Below the pieces are notes generated by a model. That model made no database searches. It saw only the letters and a list, made by a program, of their open reading frames with translations, and was not told where the DNA came from. DNA of 64,000 bases from Welwitschia mirabilis (lineage: Eukaryota): contig JBOZIK010000001.1 in NCBI GenBank assembly GCA_051453625.1, positions 5,142,784 through 5,206,783 on the forward strand, given 5' to 3'. Below are positions 54,592 to 64,000 of this stretch, piece by piece. A program made the translations under genes and the position numbers. Position 1 is the stretch's first letter. Each line of letters starts with the position of its first letter.

Positions 54592-57500
54592 TGTTATAAG
54601 TTTTATCCTCCATTTCTTCCTAGTTTTTCATCACATAAAAGATATCTTGTAAATAGTTGAGGAGATGTAAACTTCTTGTCAATATACATGAATAAATCTT
54701 AAGGATAACACCTAACCAATATAATAGGAGGTTATAAATCTAATTAATAACATTCCAACTTGATATCTGACCATCCTATAGATGTGAGTTGGTTCTGCTT
54801 TAGATTATAAAGTATACAAACATGGCTATACTCAACTCCATAGGCTTTAACTTCACCTTAATATACCACCGATACAAGTGATAGACAGTACATAGGTGGA
54901 TGCATGCTTACAAATGATCCCCGCTTCCTTGAAGTATCTCTGGATGGTGCAACATTATCCATTGATGCCAAGAGCTGGAGATATTAAGTCAAAATAATTT
55001 CATACATAGGTAGGGTAGGAAAGTGGTGATTAAATCCACTTCTAGAAGGGTAACATAAAAAAAAAGCGATCCAATCCACCTTGGTAATGAAATCCAACTA
55101 TGGAAATGAACATTATTACATTGATCTTGATTTAGTCTTATTCGATAAATACACCATACAAATGCATATAAGTAATTCTAACTAATGTGGATATTTAATG
55201 AATTATTTACCTAGTTATAATAATTCTAATCATCATTTGGTTCATTTAATAGAAATAACCATAAAAAGAAAGCAAGCATACAAGAATAATTCTTTTTCCA
55301 ATATTATCATGATAAAAATCTAGATAAAGGTAATAATCTTTTCTTGTCTTTTCTATCTAAATAAAGGAAATATTTTTTATTTTTCTTTTAATAATAATTA
55401 AAAAATATAAAATAATGTACTTAAATAAACTAAAACATACCTAGAGCTATGCCAATCCTAGAAACACTCTTCCAGGTTCATAAGACAATCTCATAGATTG
55501 GTGTAAAGAAGGTAAACAAAAGAAAGTATAGCTCAAGCATAATTGTTAAGATATAAGTATTTATCCAAGATTTNNNNNNNNNNNNNNNNNNNNNNNNNNN
55601 NNNNNNNNNNNAGCTAGAGACTACTTATGTCACTTAACTACTAAGGTGAAAACACTTATAAGCATGCACATTCAAAGTAAGCTAAGGAAAAAGAGGTGAA
55701 AGAGTTATTTTTATAATTAAATACCAATTATAAATAATTTAACTTAAATATACTATTAGAAATATATTTTATATACTTAATTTTCCTATAAAATTTTGTA
55801 TAATAATTTTTCTATAATTTTAAACATTAGTTATAACATTTTGAAGCTTTAGAAAAACATCATAATAAATATTAATAATTAATTAATTATGAATAAAAAA
55901 TTAAATTATAGTAGTTTTTGAAAAACTAGACACATGATAGGTTCCTTAGAATCTAACTTAAACTATTTTGGAAATATAAAAGTATTATTTCTAACTTTAT
56001 CATTTAAGGCTAAAAACTATTAAATTTCCTAAAATTACAGTCCTACCACACTACACCAAAATAACTATAACTTTCAACATACTTTGAGTTTTAAATGATT
56101 TAAGATTTTTTGGAAAGCTTATTCATATTCTTATAACTTGGATTACTCAATTTTATAATTACATTAATAGATAGGTATAGAAACGTAAATTACTTACTTA
56201 CTATTTTCTGTATTTATTTTTTGACATATTTTATTAAATAATTTTTAAAAAATTAAATACTCATCAAAAAAGTTATTGTTTATACATTTCACATTTAGGA
56301 CACACTCGTAGATTTACAGAAAGTTTTTACTAATTTATACCTACTAATTAATAAGATATGATATTTTATCCTATGCCTATATTCTGGAAATTTAGTTTTC
56401 GCCATAATAAAAATATGATAAAGCATTTACAACTATTTATGTAATAACTTAGATTAGTAAAATAATGAATATACTAACTAATTAATTACAGAAATACAAA
56501 TCAATTATAAAAAGAAAAGAACCATTATAGAAAGAATAATCAAATCAGTTCAAAAAAAAACATTTACTATGAGACTTGAGAATTTCCATGAAAGAGTACT
56601 AGCTTAAAGAGAATTTTAAGGATCATAATTTGCTCCTAATAAGATGGTCCTAATGCATAATAGATAAAAATCAACATATTAAATAAACATGAGTACTTAA
56701 ACTTATTTTTTTTTCTTTTTTGGTTTTTATAGTGAACCCCCAGCCATTTGACCATAATCATTCATTAATAATCCATCACTACCAAGCACAAGAGATTTCC
56801 TCATATCTCACTATTAGGTCTTGGTGGATGCTAATGGGAGGATAAAAATTTTTAATAACATAATTAGATAAAATTCATAAATAGTTCCATAATAAAATAT
56901 CACATAATTCCAATAGATAGAAAAAAAAGGAGATCATATGAGCAATAAGAGTAAGAGCTTACTTAGAAAGATTAGTAAGACCTTGATAGTTAAATCTAAT
57001 GAAGATTCAAGCTCAAGAGTTCTTTATCTTCTAAATTTTAAGCTTCTAAGCTTTAAGCTTTTAAACTTTCAATATCAGCTCCACAAGCAAGAAAATTAAA
57101 TAAAGAAAAAGAGATAGAGAAAGAAAGAAAGAGAGAGAAAGAGGAAAGAATAAATGCACTTGTAAGAAACAAAGGAAAAGTATCTTCTCTTTATAAGAGA
57201 GGAAAGGATCTCTATATATAGACAAACAAAGGCACATAATTAAAGATCAAATGATTTAGCATTAATAATTAGGTTGATTAATAAGTAAAATAAGAGTACA
57301 TAAAGATATCATATTTATGACTCATGCACCTAACTAGGGTGAGTAATTTTCTTGCCTTAATTAGCAGGTTTAATTACATGCATCATTTCCTCATGCTAAT
57401 TCTTTTTAATCCTTCAGAGGCTCATAAGTAAGTTTACTTCATCTAAGATATGTATCAAAAAAATAAATGCAGAAATCTCAAAATTAACATGTGGTACAAG

Positions 57501-58066
57501 AGACAAAGTCTTAAATTCCAATGAACGAAATAATAAATATGCTATGAACAAAGTGCCCTTACACATTTCAAGAATATAGAAGTCAAGGTAGATTAAATCA
57601 TCTTATTTATTATTCTTGGTTCTAGGTAAGATTGCATGTATTTGTTAAAATTATCACTTATTTCAAAATACATAAAATATATCAATAACATAACATAAGG
57701 AAGAAAAATTTATTTATAATATAGTATACATATCACATTTACCAAGAATATAAATGAGTAAATAAGATGCAAAATATATCATTATTTCCTCTTGAAACTT
57801 CCAATTTATTAGTTTTATCATGTGATTTTAATTTCTCACATAATAGAATTATGTAATTTTAAATATTTGGATAGATTGTTTTATAAAACCTTTTGACATA
57901 ATTTTTATCATTTCCATGGTAAATTATAGATATTACAAATTAAGGTTAATTTTAAAATGATATCTTATTTGATAAGGAACTTAAATAAGGATAATTAATC
58001 ATTAACTAAAAGATTAATATACTTAATTTTTAAGTAAATAAGGTTTACAAAATATGGGATATGATA
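54592..58066. mobile_element. Non-coding LTR-like block, possibly a solo or unpaired Gypsy LTR
   Basis: Ends aaaatatgggatatgata (decayed GGG...TGACA-type terminus) against the outer element's ORF remnant. Candidate start tgttat at 54592. No matching TSD or partner LTR found. Confidence 0.35.
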
Positions 58067-58460
58067 GGGTATCATGATTTAGAGGTCTTAAATCTCCATC
58101 ATCTTCCTAGTAGCACCCTGCTACAAATTTCTTTTTAGGTTTATTTGCTTAAGTTACTTAGGAAGATTCTCCTTGAATGAAAGATGGTTTAAGAAAGGTA
58201 TGCAATCATTGTTATAATTCATTCATTATTTTAAGAAAGATCCATAATCTTTCCAAGAGTGATTTCATCCTTCATAGAATTATCTTCTTCTATTTCTAAT
58301 TTAATCTTGTTTCTAGTCCACTCATCTAGACCATCTTTTTTAGGATCTCTAATAGACCTACCTTTTTCACCTTATCATTTTCTATGACTATCTTATTAGA
58401 TCATAGTTTTCATCATCTATTCTAGTTGTCTTTAGGATGGCCCTTCTTCTAGTGCCAAAA

Positions 58461-59427
58461 TAATTAGTCCTTATGTGGTAAAATACATGCAAAAAATATT
58501 AGAAAATAATAGAAAATAGTACTAGAAAAATGTAGAAAATATGATACTATTAACCTAAAATAATCTCACACCATTAAATAAAAATAATTAAGGTCTAACT
58601 AAAGAATTAGTAAAGATTTAACCATTTTGTCTAAAACGCATCATCACGATGATATCATGATGAAGTTACTTGAACTAGTCATATTGGTTTATTTTTGATA
58701 AAGTTTACCATGTACACATATAAAACTAAGAGAAAATAAATAAATTAGAAAAACATGGTAAAAGTTAGATAAGACATTGGATAATACTTATTTTTAAGTA
58801 CTGTTAATTATCCTATTTTTTGTTTAGCTATACAAATAAAGAAAATAAAAATAATATTACTTTTTTAGGTAATACAACATGCATGAAATAATACTCAAAA
58901 TATTATATTTTCATCTTTATATTGAAATATCAAATCATTACACGAAGATGTATTAATGATCTTGTGTTTTCATTTGTAGGAAATGCTTAAACTAATGGAG
59001 ATGTTGTTGCGTCCTTTGTAGGGTAGCTGAATCCTCTATATTGACCTTCTTCTTGAGTCTATTCCTAGAACTTTTTACAAAAAATATTCCCATATTTGAT
59101 GGTGATCTCTTCTTTATACCCCTTTTTATTCTTTTGTTTTCTTTCTTTGCTCCTTAGGGATAGGTTTATGGTTAAGGTTGTTACTGCCTTTCTGCCACCT
59201 CAGCCTTCTCTTTCACGTTCATGTTAAATGGAATTTTATACTTGCAACTCAATAATAGAATATACATATACTAACCTACTAACACACTAACTAAATAACC
59301 TATTGATTAGCGAGTATATTAATTAAATTTATAAAGAAAAACATCTATTACTATTTAAAATGGATAATAATGAAAACAAAAACATTTCATTAATAAGTAG
59401 AATTTATATCGAAATTAGTCATCATCA
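58461..59427 (-). repeat. 5' LTR (967 bp) of the 34822-59427 element
   Basis: Matches 34822-34930 + 44426-45313. Adjacent PBS on the left, TSD catgt on the right. Confidence 0.9.
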
Positions 59428-59432
59428 CATGT

Positions 59433-62400
59433 CTTTTAGCTATAAGCATGATGTAAACACTATCAAACTATATGATGTAAAACCTCTCTGCTGTAGGATA
59501 GGACTATTAGGAGGAATGGTTTTAATGGAAGATGGTGCATTATTTTTTAAAATTCTAAACTTCAATTTGTAATCTTTTTTATAATTTTGAAATGAAACTT
59601 GAAGATAGAGGAAATCTCATTTTAAAAAATTGTGTTGCATTTGTGTTTCCAAAGCATCTATGCTCTAATAGTAAATGCATTCTTATCTTTGTAATGATAA
59701 AAACTATTATGTCCAAAATTAAAAGGAGGATTGACCTTAAGAAGGGACCAAAGGTGATGGGTAAAAGAACAATAAGAAAAGAGGTGAAGTTGAGTCTCAT
59801 TATCTTTATGACATAGAAATAAGTGATGGATGATTCTAAATTTTTTTCAAATAAGATTACTAGCAATGGTAATACAATAATTTATCACATACCACTAAAA
59901 AATTTTGATCTTATCTAGAATGCTAAGTTTGTAAAAGCTAGACCAGTTATTGTTATACTTAAAAAATATTATACATCTTAGTAATACTAATTTTTCCATT
60001 CTAAATAACTAACCTTATGTCTTAGATTTCATTTTTTAAGAGTTGAGATCAAATGATTCTAGTGGATATTTTCATATGCTTCTAGTAAAAAGATTACATG
60101 CCTTTGTTATAGCACTCATTCTTGAAGAAGTTTATCAAAGGAATATTATCAGCTATGTACATTCTATAAAAATTCTTAGTAAGAAGATATTGGTTAATAT
60201 ATTTGATTTTCCTTACTATAAGTTCTTAAGCTTTTTTTGGCATGGCTATTTCTTTTAAATTTATGAGATGAATATTTTTATGAGAGTTAGCTCCTAATCA
60301 TATAAAAATCTTTGAGGATGTTATTAAGAATATTTACAAGCTCATTAGAGATGGGAAAGTAACCAGATGGATAAACTGTCATGCTTACCAAGTAAGATTT
60401 AGCTAAAAGAAGCTTACCCATACTTAAAAGAAATTGGTGATACCATTTTAATAACATTCTTGATACTCTTCATATGATTGGATTCCAAATGCTAATAACA
60501 AGTTGTTCTACATGTAAGGAAAGTCTTAAGTGTAAATTTGAAAAAGCAACTAAAGAACATTGTGAAATTTTAAGTATATCTTCCTTCCTTTTCTCTAGAG
60601 TAATAAGTAAGAAAAGCTTTCATTTATTCTAATTAACTTTTAGATCTTAAAAAACATGAAAATATTATAACATTTGGTGTAGATTATGAGCCTAAAAAAT
60701 ACTATAATCTAGACGTAAAATAATGTCATCTACAAAATGAAGACTTGAACAGGATAGTGCTAGCTCTATAATAGTGATTTCACGCAGAAGAACCATCCTA
60801 ACTAAAGATTCCATGACTACAGTAAAAAATGTTAATGTTAGAGGGTTACCTTGATATAGTATAATGTAATCTTAAAAATAACTACATATATTCCAATTTA
60901 CCATCACTAAGAAGTTTGATGTTAAAATGAAAAATAAGATCAACTTGTGAGGAAGTTATACTTCTTTAAAATATGGTTTATGGTATTGCACTCAATTCTG
61001 TCAAATTATTTAGCTATATCTAATGTTAGAAAAAAAATTTAATTTACTTTTCTTATGATGAAAATGAATTATTTCATTAGCTAGAATAATTTTATCATAA
61101 ATGATACACCTTGATACAAAGCTAGATTAGTAGAGAAAAATGAAGTCTAGGAGTAAAAATTTCAAGTTTCATGCTATAACTTTTATATAGATTTTATAAA
61201 AAACATTGTAGAGACTAATTGGCTAATATTGGTAGGGGTTATTCACCTCTTCTATTTTAGAAATTAGCATACTATGCATGTCATTAAAAGGACATAAGAG
61301 ACATCTTTATTAAAATATTCTTGCATAGCTATATAAACATTTATCTTGAGAGTGTTCTATTAATTTTAATATAAGTATATAAAGAAATTATTATTTCTAA
61401 GCACTTTTTTTTTTTTTTTGCATTGAGATAAGGGATTTTCAAATATCACCCTTCATAATCCTCTAATTTAGATAGTTGTACTAGTAATTTATGATAGCAG
61501 GACAAAGCAGAGAATCTTGTAAATATACTTTCTTTTCTAATAAGGGGTTCTAGAAGTAACTAGTAAACTCTTTTGTAACTTCTCTCTTATTTTTCTAACA
61601 TGTTTTAGACATGCTCCAAGAAATACTATGTCTTTATGTATGTTTGTTTACAATCTAGAAGAAAAATCACATGTTATAATCTCCTTCTTAAAGCTAATAA
61701 ATTCTTAAGAATCACCTCTAATAACTCTCTTCCTTCCTTGAGGTGTTATAAATGTGGTAATCAAGTGTTTTTCATAATCTAAAAATCTATGCATTTATTT
61801 ATTTTGAGCCTAAATTTTATGGAGATCCTCTAAAAGCTAGGATTTTATGTACCTAAGGAAGTCATTTAGATGCTTCTTCTAATTTATAAGCTATTTTTTT
61901 TAGCAACTTGAGCTTTTGAAAAAGATAAAACGTGTGAGTGCATTCTACTAAAGAGATCCAAACATTAGTTAGAATTTTAATGAACTTAGAATCCATTAGT
62001 CAAGGATGCTTAAATTTAAAAAAAAAACTTTTTCAATAAGAATTTTTCAATGAAATAAGAATGGATTAATGATTTAAGAAAACGGGGCCTTTTCTTATAA
62101 GAAGAAATGAGAATGATGATCTTTTGTTATGCATCTATTTAGTTTGCACATCAGTAAAAATGGTTATTCTCTAAGGTTACTTCAAATGTAAGAAGTACCA
62201 TGTAGAGGAAGATCTTCATAGTCATGCATAATGAAAAAATCAGAAAAAATATCTGAAGATGATAAATTAGAAAAGTTACTGTATTTCTTGTGAAGATGAA
62301 GAATATGGTTAACATCACTTATTATTATATCTAGAGAATCTAATACAATTTGTTGTAGATAGTTCATTTTGTTGTTCTAATATCGAGGGTCATAGAAATT

Positions 62401-64000
62401 TTTAACTCTTCATTTTAAGTTTTAATCTGTAGTAGTATAATGACTACTCTAACTAATAACATTAATTTTACTATGTTTATAAAAGTCCATTAAACATCCT
62501 CTAGTGGTAATACTTGAAACAAAAATAAAGAACCACCTATAATTTGAAAAAAATGTTCTAATTTAATAACATATAAATTTGTTTCTTATATAAGATAAAG
62601 GGAAATTAAGCATTGCTTCAAAAGATTTCAAATATGGGAAATTTTTTCACCATTTCTTAGGATCTACAATTCTAGAAAACTATCATAAAAAAGAGAGATG
62701 AAATTGCTTATCATTTTGGAGATCCTCCCTTGTTTCTTTCTCTATTCTTCCCCTACACATATTAGCCAGAAATCTTTTCACTATAAAATTCTTTAGCAGG
62801 GCTTTTATCTTGCTTACTTGTAATGCATATTCAATGTGCTTTTCATGTGAACTACTCATTTTTTTCATCTATGAGTGGGATCATAGGAAACTAATTAGGG
62901 ATTTTTTCTTGGATTTTCTTATTAATGAGGATTCTTAGTTGCCTCTAAGACTTGCTATTCTAGCTTCTTTTCTAAGAGAATACCAAATTTATTTGCTTGA
63001 GTTATTAAGGAATTATTTGAAATAGATGTCAGATTTTTCTTGTTTTCTTTTTCTTCATCTTCTATCATTTGTATTTCCCCTTAGTATGCTCCTTTTTATC
63101 ATTATTTTCATTTTTCTTATAGTTTTTCACTGTGTGTCCATCTCCTCTACTTTTTGAACATTAGATGAGGATGTTTTTTATTTTCAAATTAAAAAGTTAT
63201 TCTCTCCATTATGTATTCAAGATTATCTTGCTAGCTTTAAATACTTTTAGATTCATACAAATACATATTCTTACTGATGTGATTCTTTTCATATAATTTG
63301 TACTCCTATCCAAATGGATGAATTTGCCCATCATATTTTTAAGTTACTTAAAGCAATCAGAGTGTTATGTTTCCAACTAATGGTTCAAGATATAAATTTA
63401 GACTAGTATCTTTTCAAAGATATTGATCTTGTCCAAGATAAAAGAAGACCACTTCATAAGGACTGATACTCATCAACCAAATAAATAAGGCCCTTCTAAG
63501 AATACCTTATTTATGTCTTCCTCTATTCAAAAAATGAAAATAAAGAAGATCATCAAAAAGAGAGATTTCCTTGGATTTGGATGGAAACTTTTGGTTATAC
63601 TAGAGTATGATTTTTTCAATCAATAGTAAACCTATAAATGACTAAAACTTTCTAATCAGGCTATTTTTGAAGTGAGCCTTAAGATTCCTGAAGTAACATT
63701 CTAGAATTTTTACCCTAATTATTAATTTCTTCTGCTAAAAACTAAAGTCTAAATTATAGAATATTTATTTCTTACTTCCATGTAATAAATCTACACAGGT
63801 TTTGGATCCCCCTATAGATTCAGCTTTTATTATTCAAACGTTAGCCTACGCCTTTATAAGTTGTGTTCTATTGCCTATTGCTACTCCTTCTTCTTTTTTT
63901 GAGGCTATTACTAATTCTGCTACTATTACATTTGTTGTATTAGATGACTCAAAGCCACCAAACCCTATCTTTTTTAGTTTTTTATGTTGTGATTTACAAG
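59433..64000 (-). mobile_element. Degenerate L1-like LINE: ORF1 (>64000-~62800) and ORF2 (endonuclease, RT, zf-RVT, start of RNase H)
   Basis: Minus-strand CSKSRGDGHTVKNY knuckle (~63160-63120), NMCRG (~62760), Y*PISLYNV (~61228), LYQGNPLTLTFFTVVMESL (~60858), LHFVDDII (~60740), LCHKDNETQLHLFSYCSFTHHLW (~59815-59750), LWKHKCNTIF, and FDS (~59470). Confidence 0.88.

Larger units (their letters stand above)
34822..59427 (-). mobile_element. Large minus-strand LTR retroelement (non-chromovirus Gypsy-like) carrying nested insertions
   Basis: Termini TGATGA...TCATCA. TSD CATGT at 34817-34821 and 59428-59432. The left LTR is split (34822-34930 + 44426-45313) and matches the right LTR 58461-59427. 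PPT-like attcccttaag at 45314. Minus-strand PBS tggcactagaagaaggg at 58441-58457. Confidence 0.88.

Noticed and set aside
7521..62868. The short 60-98 aa ORFs rich in F/L/I as host or membrane proteins
   Set aside because: They are antisense or off-frame readings of decayed TE sequence, or expected by chance in AT-rich DNA. No host-gene exon structure was recognised.
1..64000. Species assignment
   Set aside because: The TE families indicate a land plant, but nothing in the window identifies the taxon.

Overview
This is AT-rich, CpG-depleted eukaryotic DNA, most likely plant heterochromatin, from a gapped scaffold. I find no intact protein-coding gene, rRNA, tRNA or CRISPR array. The window is a nest of decayed transposons. 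It opens with a PIF1-type helicase pseudogene (1-1540) and contains at least four L1-like LINE remnants. Four LTR retrotransposons could be delimited by LTR pairs, PBS/PPT and 5-bp target-site duplications: a Sirevirus-like Copia (12715-23568), a second Copia (28177-34632), a large minus-strand LTR element (34822-59427), and an Athila-like element (34931-44420) inserted into that element's LTR. An Athila-type gag-pol lies at ~49600-54400. The three outer LTR insertions total ~41.9 kb and interrupt an older LINE backbone. The most interesting signals are a ~300-bp, formerly GC-rich and possibly structured module shared by two different Gypsy 3' regions, arrays of the palindrome AGACGTCT shared by two dissimilar Copia elements, a (TA)n microsatellite on the RT YVDD codons, a possible twin-primed LINE inversion, and a non-canonical PIF1 helicase. 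None of these is shown here to be a new system. All alignments and translations were done by eye, and boundaries without a TSD are approximate.
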